Below the pieces are notes generated by a model. It did not search any database and had not been told where the DNA came from. It was given only the letters and a program-made list of their open reading frames with translations. DNA of 64,000 nucleotides from an uncultured Chloroflexia bacterium. Its GTDB lineage: Bacteria; Chloroflexota; Chloroflexia; Thermomicrobiales; CFX8. The stretch covers positions 16,737 to 80,736 of the forward strand of contig CAVXOL010000022.1 in assembly GCA_963763325.1 (NCBI GenBank). The letters are read 5' to 3'. Position numbers and translations under genes: made by a program. Positions within the stretch are counted from its first letter, which is position 1, and each line of letters opens with the position of its first letter. This document shows positions 53,058-62,151 of this stretch, in pieces.

Positions 53058-53528
53058 TTATCGCGGCCGCTGCCAGATCGTGCGCGTCGTGTCGCCGCGG
53101 ATAATCGCCCTGACCAGTTGGCGTTCGTTGCGTTCGAGAGTCTGGAACGCGTCGCGGCAGTCCTGGACGACGTCGGCGTTGCCGGTCTGCTCGCAGCGCT
53201 CGATCATCGCATCGTAGACGCCGGTGTCCTGCAACGAGCGGACGAAGCCGACCCAGGGCGCGAGCCGCACCTCATCGGGCATCGGGAACTCGGGCCGCAT
53301 CCGTTGCAGGCTCTCCAGCCGCTCGCGGGCGTTGGAGACCATATTGTCGATCATGATGGCCGGTGGTGTCTCAATCGACTGCCGCAGGTCAAGGATAAGC
53401 GTCTTCCCGAGGCGGGGGAAGAAGATGCAGATGACATCACCCTCTCGAATTGCTTCGATGATGCGCTCATGGTAGGTATCGAAGACGTTGTCCATCGCCA
53501 CGCGCTCCAGAGTCTGGGTCAGAGTCAT
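53058..53528 (-). CDS. Hypothetical protein, likely co-transcribed with the GAF-like gene
   Basis: 156-aa ORF with typical codon bias. It lies 40 nt upstream of the GAF gene on the same strand. No family recognised. Confidence 0.5.
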   Translation of the reverse strand: MTLTQTLERVAMDNVFDTYHERIIEAIREGDVICIFFPRLGKTLILDLRQSIETPPAIMIDNMVSNARERLESLQRMRPEFPMPDEVRLAPWVGFVRSLQDTGVYDAMIERCEQTGNADVVQDCRDAFQTLERNERQLVRAIIRGDTTRTIWQRPR

Positions 53529-53561
53529 GGAAACCAGTTCGTACCGGGCAGTGCCTCGGGA

Positions 53562-54395
53562 TCAGGTGAAGTTTACCCCGTGCGGCAACCGATCTGGTTG
53601 ATCCGCATCAACCCCGGCAATGATATCGAGCATTGCCTGCTGGATCCGACCGTTGCTGGCGACGATCTCACGCGCGAACGGGTCAAACGGCTGGCCAGTG
53701 TATCCGGAGACGATACCGCCAGATTCGGTCAGCATCAACGCCGCAGCCGCGATATCCCAGGCAACGATCCCGCGTTCCCAGTAGCCGTCGTAGCGACCGG
53801 CCGCGACGTAGGCCAGATCGAGCGCCGCCGAGCCATCACGGCGGACGGCCTGGGTCGCGTCGGTGAAGCGCGCGAAGGCGGCCAGATTCTCGGCCCGCCA
53901 CTGGACATCGTAAGCGAAGCCGGTCACCAGCATCGAGCGCAGGAGTTCGGAGGTGTCTGAAACGTGGATCGGCTCGTCATTGAGCGTCGCACCGTGGCCG
54001 CGTTGGGCTGCGAACAGCTCGTCGCGAAGCGGATCGTAGACGACGCCAACGACCGTTTCGTCCTCGGCGCGGAAGGCGATGCTGACGGCGAACATCGGAT
54101 AGCCGTGCATGAAGTTGACGGTGCCATCGAGCGGGTCGACGATCCAGAGGCGGTCGCTGCCGGAGTTCTCACCGGCCCCGCTGCCCTCCTCGGCCAGCAG
54201 CCGGTCATCGGGGAACGCAGCCAGCAACCGCTCGGCGATCAGTGCCTCGGCGGCCTTGTCGGCCTCGGTGACTGGGTCGACGGCGCTCTTGTACTGGATG
54301 TTGCGGACATGGCCGAACTTCTCGCGCAGGATCTGGCCGGCTTCGCGGGCGGTTGCGGTGGCGATGGTGAGTTCGTGGTGGTAGGAGGTATTCAT
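53562..54395 (-). CDS. Inositol monophosphatase family protein (SuhB/CysQ-like)
   Basis: Start taken at the internal ATG 54395 ('MNTSYHHELTIATATAREAG'). Motifs 'LAEEGSG', 'WIVDPLDGTVNFMHG', 'WDIAAAALML'. Confidence 0.85.
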   Translation of the reverse strand: MNTSYHHELTIATATAREAGQILREKFGHVRNIQYKSAVDPVTEADKAAEALIAERLLAAFPDDRLLAEEGSGAGENSGSDRLWIVDPLDGTVNFMHGYPMFAVSIAFRAEDETVVGVVYDPLRDELFAAQRGHGATLNDEPIHVSDTSELLRSMLVTGFAYDVQWRAENLAAFARFTDATQAVRRDGSAALDLAYVAAGRYDGYWERGIVAWDIAAAALMLTESGGIVSGYTGQPFDPFAREIVASNGRIQQAMLDIIAGVDADQPDRLPHGVNFT

Positions 54396-54423
54396 ATTCA
54401 ATGTGGTTGCCCTGAGCCGCAAC

Positions 54424-54592
54424 CTCGTAGGGACCGATCTAAGATCGGTCCGCGGCCCGCAGGCCGAGGTGCGACACGGTCCGCGTGACATCGAAGAAGA
54501 TGCGCAACGCCTGCGCCCGTGGTCGGGTGCCGAGCATGTGTCGAACCTTCGGCCTGCGGGCCGCGGACCGATCTTAGATCGGTCCCTACGAG
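54424..54592. repeat. REPIN-like doublet: two inverted 47/48-nt REP units separated by ~75 nt
   Basis: 'ctcgtagggaccgatctaagatcggtccgcggcccgcaggccgaggt' (54424-54470) is the reverse complement of 54545-54592, apart from one extra T in the latter. Each unit holds the palindrome GGACCGATCT-N-AGATCGGTCC. Confidence 0.85.
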
Positions 54593-54662
54593 ATGGTTTC
54601 AAGTCCTCGCTCCAGGTATTGATACTCGCTGAATCCTCGCCCGGTTACTCGTTGGATTGTCG

Positions 54663-55140
54663 CTATCGTACTGCCAGTTGCTCTGGATTCGCCTCGATGT
54701 ACCCTCGTACTCGTTCGAGATCTCGGTCATCGCGGATGATGTGATCGTAAAACGACCGCTGCCACACGGAGGCGCCAGGCGTCCCGCGCAATTCGTTGAT
54801 GCGTCGTGTCGAGAACGACTTCAACACCCGTATGATCTCGGAGAGGTCATAGTCTGGTTTCTCGTTGCATCTCCTTCCGAAGAAGGAAGAGAATTCCGTG
54901 AACGTGATTTGGCATGATGACAAATGCGTCCAGTTCAACGAGTGGGTAGTGCTGCGGCAGTGCGTTCCAGCACTCGTCAACAGCCTCGCCAAAGGCGCTT
55001 TGGTTCATCACGCCATCGACGACATCTCCCAGGAGAAAGGCACCATCTCGCGTGCGGATCGTAAAAAAGTACGATCCTGGAGTCGAGTAGTCGTAACCCT
55101 CTGCGCGTGGTGATGAACGTCGCGTAATTTTCTCTACCAT
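54663..55140 (-). mobile_element. REP-associated tyrosine transposase (RAYT; IS200/Y1_Tnp family), frameshifted near 54870
   Basis: ORF 54847..55140: 'GYDYSTPGSYFFTIRTRDG...LDAFVIMPNHVHGILFL', with the HUH motif HVH. ORF 54663..54992: 'IIRVLKSFSTRRINELRG...SVWQRSFYDHIIRDDRDLERVRGYIEANP', with the catalytic Tyr region. REP units in opposite orientation flank it on both sides. Confidence 0.85.
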
Positions 55141-55176
55141 CGTCGTCTCATTGGCGAGGAAGCGTCCTCAGAATCC

Positions 55177-55203
55177 CGTAGGGACAGGTCTGAGACCTGT
55201 CCG
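55177..55203. repeat. REP palindrome (left bracket of the G/A-rich segment; upstream flank of the RAYT gene)
   Basis: 'cgtagggacaggtctgagacctgtccg'. Confidence 0.8.
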
Positions 55204-55240
55204 AGGGTGAAAACAAGCTTGGGGAGAGTACGTGGTGTGA

Positions 55241-55830
55241 AGGACGCAGAAGGAGGAGAGGAGAAGGAGGGGGGGAGGGAGTGGGGAGGAGGGGGGAGAG
55301 GAGGAGGGAGAGGAGGGAGAGGGGGGGGAGAGGAGGGGGGGGGAGGGGAGGGGGGAGGGGGGAGAAGGAGGGAAAAGGGGGGCGCGGGAGGAGGAGGGAG
55401 GAAGGGAGCGCGGAAAGGAAGAAGGAGGAGAGGAAGGAGGGGGGGGAGGGGAGGCGGGGGGGAGCTGAGGGGGAGGGGGGGGGGGAAGGAGCGGGGAGAG
55501 GGGGGAGCAGGGGAGGGGGGGGAGGGGCGCGGCCGCGGCTGGCGACCGTCGGGAGGGGAGGGACGCGAACGAGACGCAGAGGAGGAGCGGTGGGCAGGCC
55601 CGTGCGTGGAGCAGGGAGACCACGTGGTACGTCGTTCGTGGGCTCGGAACGCCTGCGCCCGGTTTCGGGAGCGCTCCTGGAGGTGCCGAGACGGCGCGAG
55701 GCGCGCGGGACGCGGCCGCAGGCGGGGGGGGGGGGGGGGGGGGGAGGCGGGAGGGGGGGGGGGGGGAGGGGCGGAGCGGGTGAGCGGAGCGCGGGGTAGC
55801 GGACGGGGGGCGGGTGCGGCGGGGGACGGC
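55241..55830 (+). repeat. Strand-pure polypurine (G>>A) low-complexity tract with very long G runs
   Basis: On the + strand, 55241-55527 is almost only G/A with a handful of C/T. A second block at 55720-55830 contains G21 (55724-55744) and G14 (55753-55766). G9 and G11 runs occur at about 55335 and 55475. Confidence 0.9.
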
Positions 55831-56001
55831 CGGAGTTGGTAAGCTGGCGCAGGTCGTGCGTGCCAGTCATGGGGTGCACAGTTTGACCGCGCCAGCGCAC
55901 GTGGTACGCGTGCTCACCACCGTGCAACGCTGCCTGACATCAGGGACCCGGATGAATCGCCGCAGCACCATCCAATACCTATCAAGTCCTCCTCGATCCG
56001 C

Positions 56002-56038
56002 GCGGGCCGCGGACAGGTCTCAGACCTGTCCCTACGAG
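56002..56038. repeat. REP palindrome (right bracket; immediately downstream of the tsaD stop)
   Basis: 'gcgggccgcggacaggtctcagacctgtccctacgag', inverted relative to 55177-55203. Confidence 0.8.
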
Positions 56039-56052
56039 GTTGGGGCGAAGCG

Positions 56053-57198
56053 TTACCCACGCGCGCGCTCGATCACGCGGACGCCTGGCAGCGACGACCA
56101 CGGGAGTTGGGCGTGGACATCGAGTTCCCAGCCGGCCAGCGCGCCACGGCGGAGGACCTGATGGGCGGCGGCGGCGATCATGGCGGCGTTGTCGGTGCAG
56201 AACTGAAGGTCGGGGACGAAGAGCGGGATGTCCTTGCCGCGCAGCTTGCTTTCCAGACGGTGGCGCAGGAGGGCGTTGGCGGCGACACCACCGGAGAGGA
56301 GGACGCTGGCGGCCCGTTCGAGCTCCGCAGCGCGGACGGTCTTCTCGACCAGGACATCGACAATCGCGTCCTGATAGGAGGCGGCCAGGTCTCCGACCGG
56401 CATGTTGGGAGAATAGACCGGCGGTGTGTGCTCCGGGAACGGTCCGGGAGCCGGTGCGGGCCGCTTGCGGGTTGTCCGGTCTGGATGATGCTCGAGCTTG
56501 CGGTACTGCTCGGCGGCGCGTAAGAGCGCGGTCTTGAGGCCGGAGAACGAGAAGTCGTAGCTGTCTCCCAGCCAGGCGCGTGGGAGCTGCTCGACGGCGC
56601 GATGCCCCTCGGCAGCCTGCTGGATAGCCGGTCCACCGGGGTAGCCGAGGCCGAGGATGCGGGCGCCTTTGTCGAATGCCTCTCCAGCCGCGTCGTCGAG
56701 CGTCCGGCCGAGGATCTCATAGACGCCGTGCTTGTGGATCAGCAGCAGGTCGGTGTGGCCGCCGGAGACGATCAGGCAGACGGCGGGAAAGACCGGCGCT
56801 GGCGGGAGCGGTTCGTCCTCGTGGCCGGGAGCGACGAGCCAGTTCGCGTAGACGTGCCCTTCGAGGTGGTTGACCGGCACGAGCGGCTTCTTCCAGGCGA
56901 AGGCGAGCGTCTTGGCGATGTTGACGCCGACCAGCAGCGATCCGGCCAACCCCGGCCCTTCAGTGACAGCGATCGCGTCGATGTCGGCGCGGGTGACGCC
57001 GGCTGTTTCGAGTGCTTCCTGGAGGACCGGCATGATGGCGGTGATGTGCTGGCGTGAGGCGAGTTCCGGGACGACGCCGCCGTACTTCTGATGGAGCGCG
57101 ATCTGGGAGGCGACGACGTTGGAACGCACCCAGCGACCCTCGTGGACGACGGCGGCGGCGGTTTCATCGCAGGATGTCTCAATCGCGAGGATGTTCAT
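56053..57198 (-). CDS. tsaD: tRNA N6-adenosine threonylcarbamoyltransferase TsaD (Kae1/Gcp family)
   Basis: 'ILAIETSCDETAAAVV', 'YGGVVPELASRQH', 'IAVTEGPGLAGSLLVG', 'NHLEGHVYA', 'SGGHTDL', 'LLSGGVAAN', 'CTDNAAMIA'. It carries a ~40-aa Pro-rich insertion ('HPDRTTRKRPAPAPGPFPEHTPPVY'). Confidence 0.9.
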   Translation of the reverse strand: MNILAIETSCDETAAAVVHEGRWVRSNVVASQIALHQKYGGVVPELASRQHITAIMPVLQEALETAGVTRADIDAIAVTEGPGLAGSLLVGVNIAKTLAFAWKKPLVPVNHLEGHVYANWLVAPGHEDEPLPPAPVFPAVCLIVSGGHTDLLLIHKHGVYEILGRTLDDAAGEAFDKGARILGLGYPGGPAIQQAAEGHRAVEQLPRAWLGDSYDFSFSGLKTALLRAAEQYRKLEHHPDRTTRKRPAPAPGPFPEHTPPVYSPNMPVGDLAASYQDAIVDVLVEKTVRAAELERAASVLLSGGVAANALLRHRLESKLRGKDIPLFVPDLQFCTDNAAMIAAAAHQVLRRGALAGWELDVHAQLPWSSLPGVRVIERARG

Positions 57199-57860
57199 TG
57201 GGCGCCCTGACTGCTGGCGGATTCGAGCGACGTGGATGGCTCATTATGGAGGAGCGTGCCGTCCAGCCGCTGCTGGATGCCCTCGCGCAATGACGCGAAG
57301 CGCTGCTCGAACTCGGCCGAATGGAGCGACGGCGACCACATGATGTAGGCATCTTCGCCGTTGTCGCTGTAGTAGCGGCGGCGGACGCCCTGCCGGCTGA
57401 AACCGTACTTGTGGTAGAGCGCCTGGGCCGAGTCGTTGGAGACACGGACTTCAAGCGTCAGCCACTCGGCCTTCCGCTCCCAGGCGCGCTCGAAGAGATC
57501 GACCAGTAGCAACTCACCAAGCCCGCGGCCACGGTGGCTTGGCGCGACGCCGATTGTTGTGACGTGCGCCTCGTCGTAGAGGACCCACATACCGCCGAAG
57601 CCAACGACCTGGTCGGTCGAGCGTGGATCGTTGCGACGGACGAACGGCAGCAGGTTGCTCAAGCCACCACGCGACTCGTGGCGGACGGAATCGTTGGGAT
57701 TGTCGGGCCGGTACCAGAGCACAACATAATAGTTGTTGGAGAGGTTACGTAGCTCGCGCCGGTAGGCCGATTGCGGCCACGGGTTGCTGAAGCATTGGCG
57801 CTCCACACGTGACACCTCGGCGATATCTTCCAGACGCATCGGGGCCAGGTAGTAGCTCAC
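57195..57860 (-). CDS. rimI: Ribosomal-protein-alanine N-acetyltransferase RimI (GNAT) with an internal insertion
   Basis: 'MRLEDIAEVSRVERQCFSNPWPQSAYRREL', 'IGVAPSHRGRGLGELLL', 'LTLEVRVSNDSAQALYHKYGF'. Overlaps tsaD and tsaB by 4 nt each. Confidence 0.8.
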   Translation of the reverse strand: MSYYLAPMRLEDIAEVSRVERQCFSNPWPQSAYRRELRNLSNNYYVVLWYRPDNPNDSVRHESRGGLSNLLPFVRRNDPRSTDQVVGFGGMWVLYDEAHVTTIGVAPSHRGRGLGELLLVDLFERAWERKAEWLTLEVRVSNDSAQALYHKYGFSRQGVRRRYYSDNGEDAYIMWSPSLHSAEFEQRFASLREGIQQRLDGTLLHNEPSTSLESASSQGAQ

Positions 57861-58600
57861 AAAGTCGAATCCGATCCAATGTTTCCGGAGGCCACCTCCG
57901 GCCGCTGCTGGTGCAGATAGAGTGGTTCGAGTGTCGTCAGGTCATCGACATCGCCAGCCAGGAGTCGCGGCAGCGCCATCTCGATCATGATAGACGCGCG
58001 GCGCCTGCGCATTCCGGCGCCCGGCAGCACGACGTTGGGAAGCTCGCGCAGCGCCCGTTCGTCGGCAACGCTCAGGTCACCGGTAAGCACGGTCGGGGCC
58101 AGCAGATCGGCGGCAAGGTCGGCGGCTTCGCGATTGACGATCTCGCTTTGCCGCGTGAGGCTCCCGTTGCTGTGGCGGTAGTCAGCATAGACGACCCGGC
58201 GACGGCCTGCCGGGACGAACGCGCGCACCGGTAGTCCCCAATCGGCGACTGCGCGTGCTGCGATATCGAGCGTGGGAATACCGACGATCGGGATCGCTCC
58301 GGCGAAGGCAAACCCCTTCGCAACGCTCATGCCGACCCGCAACGCGTTGAACCCACCCGGCCCGGTCGCGATGACGACTGCGGCGAAGTCGTCGCTCTCG
58401 ATACCAGTCAGGCGGCAGAGGTGGTCGATCTCGGTCAGCAGGGTGGCGGTCTGATTGCGCGCTGCTTCCCAGGCGATCTCGGCGCCGAAGACTTCGTTGT
58501 CGGCCAGCGGCGCGAGCGCCAGCGAGGCGACATCGGATGAGGTGTCGATCCCCAATATCCAGCCGGTTCGGTTCTGCGTCACAGGCGCGTCCTCACCCAC
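57857..58600 (-). CDS. tsaB: tRNA threonylcarbamoyladenosine biosynthesis protein TsaB (YeaZ)
   Basis: 'ILGIDTSSDVASLAL', 'AVVIATGPGGFNALRVGMSVAKGFA'. Confidence 0.85.
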   Translation of the reverse strand: MGEDAPVTQNRTGWILGIDTSSDVASLALAPLADNEVFGAEIAWEAARNQTATLLTEIDHLCRLTGIESDDFAAVVIATGPGGFNALRVGMSVAKGFAFAGAIPIVGIPTLDIAARAVADWGLPVRAFVPAGRRRVVYADYRHSNGSLTRQSEIVNREAADLAADLLAPTVLTGDLSVADERALRELPNVVLPGAGMRRRRASIMIEMALPRLLAGDVDDLTTLEPLYLHQQRPEVASGNIGSDSTL

Positions 58601-59111
58601 GGTTGCCCAGCACTTCCGCCTTGAACTGCTTGACGATCTCGACGTAGCAGGCGCCGCGAGGGATCATCCGCAGGTTGCGCTTCGAATCGGACACCGTTTG
58701 GAGGTCGATCAGCAGGTACTCCTTTGGCATCCAGTCGCGTCCACGCTCCGGCCATTCGATGACAGTGACACCGTTGGGGTCGCTCAGATACTCGTCCAGC
58801 CCAATCGAGTCGAGGTCGCTGTCGCCTTCGATCCGGTAGAGGTCGATGTGGTAGAGGCGCAGCGGCTTGCCGTCCGCGCCGGTACCGGCATGTTCGGCGA
58901 CGATCGTAAAGGTCGGAGACTGGATCTGGTCGCCGGTTTGCAAGGGCCGGGCAAGGCCCTGGACGAACGTCGTCTTGCCAGCTCCGATATCGCCGGAGAG
59001 GAGCAGGAGGCTGCCACGCTGGACAACCTTGCCCAGATGCGCACCGATTGCGCGCGTCTGGTCGGGGCTGTGGCTGATGATGTCGAAGGCAGGTCTACGT
59101 GAGGCGCTCAA
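58593..59111 (-). CDS. tsaE: tRNA threonylcarbamoyladenosine biosynthesis ATPase TsaE (YjeE)
   Basis: SD 'aaggag', 6 nt, then TTG 59111. 'LLLSGDIGAGKTTFVQGLA', 'SPTFTIV', 'LYHIDLYRI'. Confidence 0.85.
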   Translation of the reverse strand: MSASRRPAFDIISHSPDQTRAIGAHLGKVVQRGSLLLLSGDIGAGKTTFVQGLARPLQTGDQIQSPTFTIVAEHAGTGADGKPLRLYHIDLYRIEGDSDLDSIGLDEYLSDPNGVTVIEWPERGRDWMPKEYLLIDLQTVSDSKRNLRMIPRGACYVEIVKQFKAEVLGNRG

Positions 59112-59290
59112 ATACCGCTCCTTATGGGTGGGAATGATAACCGAAGGAGCGAGTGCAGCGTGCTGGGTGTTGACGGAAGGGCGGAGTCGTCCGCGCGTTG
59201 TCCGGGGCAACAGCAAAGAACCTCTCCGGGATCGCCCGACACGGTGTCAGGGTGGAGAGGTCCTTCGCTGCTGCCCAGCGTAACGGGAAA

Positions 59291-60250
59291 TCAGGTTGAG
59301 CCGGTGAGGATCGCCGGTTCGCGTGACGGCCTGGGATCGGGGGAGGCAGAGCGTTGGACGAGGACGAAGATTGCTGAGAGCATGATCAGGCAGCCAACCG
59401 CCTGGATCGGCGCGATTGTCGTTCCCAGGATCATCCAGTTGCCGAAGATGGCTGCTGCCGGGTAGGTAAACTCGGCCAGCGTCGCGCACGACGCGTTTGT
59501 GCCACTCAATCCGCGATAGAACAACAGGACGCCGAATAAGCCAGGGATCAGCGCCGCACTGAGCAGGCGTGCCGGCGATGTTGCAATGCCGGTAACGACC
59601 TGACCGACTGAGCCGTCATAGACGGCAACGACGAAGAGGAACGGGAGCGCGATCGAGATTCTTGTGGCCGTGAGCGTGACGTATGAGATGTCGCGCAGGA
59701 CGAGCCGCGCCAGGACCGTTCCAGCGGCCCAGAGTCCAGCGGCGCCGATGGCATATCCTGCCGCGTGGAGCTCTCCGAACTGTAGCCATGGAACTGGCTG
59801 AACGGTTGCGAAAGTCAAGAGATAGACACCAACGATTGAGGCAACCAGACACGGCCAGTACCCTGCGGGCAGCCGCTCTTTCAACAGGACCAGCGCCAGG
59901 AGCACGACGATGAGGGGCTGCGCGTTCTGAAGGAGGCTGGCGGTGGTTGGGTTTCCGCTGTTCAGCGCCTGGGTGAACAGGAGCGCCGCGCCACCGGAGG
60001 CTCCCCAACCGATGATAAGCAGGACGAGCCAGCTTCGCGCTGAAAGCGCGGCAAGGATTCGCCGCTGGGCGATCAGGACCGGGACCGCGAACGCGCACAA
60101 CAGGACATGCTCGGCCAGGACAATCGATGTTACTGACATGCTATCGAGGAGCGGGCGTCGAATGAGACCTTCGGTTCCCAGCATCGCCGCCGCCGCTGCC
60201 ACGAGCAGGAGACTGATCCTGGGTGACAGCGGCCGAGAAATCTGAGCCAT
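59291..60250 (-). CDS. EamA/DMT-family transporter
   Basis: 319 aa, about 10 TM, with two EamA-like halves ('LLFTQALNSGNPTTASLLQNAQPLIVVLLALVLLKERL'). Confidence 0.8.
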   Translation of the reverse strand: MAQISRPLSPRISLLLVAAAAAMLGTEGLIRRPLLDSMSVTSIVLAEHVLLCAFAVPVLIAQRRILAALSARSWLVLLIIGWGASGGAALLFTQALNSGNPTTASLLQNAQPLIVVLLALVLLKERLPAGYWPCLVASIVGVYLLTFATVQPVPWLQFGELHAAGYAIGAAGLWAAGTVLARLVLRDISYVTLTATRISIALPFLFVVAVYDGSVGQVVTGIATSPARLLSAALIPGLFGVLLFYRGLSGTNASCATLAEFTYPAAAIFGNWMILGTTIAPIQAVGCLIMLSAIFVLVQRSASPDPRPSREPAILTGST

Positions 60251-60725
60251 GATTACATCCGATCTACGCCAGTTTCATAGCATTCCTGCGCCTGAGCTTG
60301 TGCAGGCGCGGCGCGGCCACATCCCGTTGGTTGCGATAGTGGGCGGATGGGCTCGGTTGCATCAAACGGCCATTCCTTCCGACGGCGAATCCTCTGACGC
60401 ATTCCAGAAACATTGACGGCATTGGTCATTGCATTCGTCATTTGTCGTTAGTTTGAGAGACCCGGGGACTGGCTACCATTCGCAACACCCACGCAGTGCC
60501 CACGCAGCGCCCACGCAATGCATGCATGGGCGCCGCTCGCGGGGTCTTTCGCTCGCGAGGGTGCCTGAGGACGCCTGGAAGAGGGCATTGCCCTGCGGTG
60601 AATCGTGAGATCAGGGGATCACAATGACCGGTATGGCGTGCTCACCGATCGAACCTGCGACATTCGATGTCTCCGTGATGAGCGCCGGAGGCTGGGGTGG
60701 AGTTCGCCGGTCGTGAGCAATCCGT

Positions 60726-61949
60726 TCAGCCGAGTGTCACCGGAAGTGTTTTCAGGCTGCGGAACGAGAAGCCATCGTTCCAGTCAGGTGTGTCGCTCGC
60801 GAGCTTCATCTCCGGGCAGCGGGTGATGAGCGTCAGGACGGCAGTCTGGGCAATCGTACGGGCGAGCGAGGTGCCGAGGCAGTAGTGCGGGCCGTGCGCG
60901 AAGGTCAGGTGCCGGTTCGGGCTGCGGTCGATCACGAACTGGTCTGGGTTGGGAAACTGGGACTCGTCGCGGTTGCCGGAAGCCAGCAGGACATGGACGT
61001 TGCTGCCCGGCTCGATCGTCTGGCCGGCGAGGTCGATCGATTCCTTCGCGACGCGACTGGTGGATTGAACGGGGCTTTCGAAGCGCATGATCTCCTCGAT
61101 TGCAGGCCGGATCAGGGTCTGGTCATCGCGCAGGCGAGCGAGGGCATCAGGCTGACGCAGCAACGTCAGAATCGCGTTGCCGATCAGGTGAGCAGTCGAG
61201 TTGTTGCCGCCGACGAGGATCGCGACGACCATGACGACCATCTCGTCGTTCGTGAGCCGGTCGCCGGCTTCCTCGGCCTGGACCAGCGTTGTGATGACAT
61301 CGTCAGCCGGTTCGCGGCGGCGCTGCTCGATAATCTCTTCGAGGTACGCCTTCATCGCCAGCATGCTAGCCTGCCCCTGACGCATGACGGCGACGCGGTC
61401 GTGGACGGTGCCGAGGCGGTCGTAGATGCGGACCTGATCGTGGCTCCAGTCGGAGAACTGCTGCTGGCGCTCGACCGGCACGCCGAGGACATCGCCGGTG
61501 ACCCAGCCTGGTAGCGGCGTCGCGAAGTCGCGCATGATGTCAACGGTTCCGTCGGCGGCCATCCGGTCGATGAAGCCGTCGCAGATCTCCTGGATACGGA
61601 TGCGGCGGCGTTCGCTGGTACGGGCGGCGAAGGCCGGCATGACGAGGTTCTTGAGGCGGGTGTGGGTGGGAGGGTCGGTCAGCAGCATCCGCTGGCTGAG
61701 GACATGGCGTAGCGGTTCCAACTCACGCTGGACGTCATCCGGCAGGACCCGGAAGGTCGCATCCACCCGCGCCGACGAGATGCGCGGGTCGTTCAGAATC
61801 GCGACGATGTCGTCGTAGCGGCTGACGAGCCAGCTGTTGGTCGTCTCGTTCCAGACGACTGGCGTCTCCTCCCGCAACTGCCGGTAGACCGGATACGGGT
61901 CCGCCTGAATCGCGGGATCGCTGAAATCAATCGCGGTTGCGGTGGTCAT
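60726..61949 (-). CDS. Cytochrome P450
   Basis: SD 'ggagagg' before ATG 61949. 'DPYPVYRQLREETPVVW'. I-helix 'ILVGGNNSTAHLI'. 'EEIMRFESP'. Heme loop 'FAHGPHYCLGTSLAR'. Confidence 0.9.
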   Translation of the reverse strand: MTTATAIDFSDPAIQADPYPVYRQLREETPVVWNETTNSWLVSRYDDIVAILNDPRISSARVDATFRVLPDDVQRELEPLRHVLSQRMLLTDPPTHTRLKNLVMPAFAARTSERRRIRIQEICDGFIDRMAADGTVDIMRDFATPLPGWVTGDVLGVPVERQQQFSDWSHDQVRIYDRLGTVHDRVAVMRQGQASMLAMKAYLEEIIEQRRREPADDVITTLVQAEEAGDRLTNDEMVVMVVAILVGGNNSTAHLIGNAILTLLRQPDALARLRDDQTLIRPAIEEIMRFESPVQSTSRVAKESIDLAGQTIEPGSNVHVLLASGNRDESQFPNPDQFVIDRSPNRHLTFAHGPHYCLGTSLARTIAQTAVLTLITRCPEMKLASDTPDWNDGFSFRSLKTLPVTLG

Positions 61950-62151
61950 GAGTAGCCTCTCCACGTTCTCGCCTGCACGCAACGCTCGTTTCCCCTCCAC
62001 GGTAGTCGGTCGCCTGAGGAATAACTCGTGTCTGAGAATCCAGTTATTCGCGATTTGCGTTGCGTCCAACGACGTACATCAGACTGGTCAATGGATTTGC
62101 TGTCGGTAGAATAGGACATAGACGGCGAGTGTCGATAGATGGGTCGAAAAC

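Noticed and set aside
55724-55766. G21/G14 runs as a classical phase-variation switch
   Set aside because: The runs are not within or just upstream of any convincing CDS or promoter. The length is also far beyond typical contingency-locus tracts, so sequencing artefact or structural DNA are more plausible readings.
55148-55927. 259-aa minus-strand ORF encoding a Pro/Ser/Leu-rich 'protein'
   Set aside because: It is simply the complement of the polypurine tract, so its codons are built only from C/T. It starts inside unrelated sequence, has no SD, and runs through a REP unit. The low complexity is at nucleotide level, not a protein signal.
54424-56038. Possible CRISPR array suggested by repeated ~27-47-nt palindromic units
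   Set aside because: The units are in inverted rather than direct orientation. Spacing is irregular (75 nt, 585 nt, 800 nt). One interval is a transposase gene. No cas genes are present. The pattern fits REP/REPIN elements.
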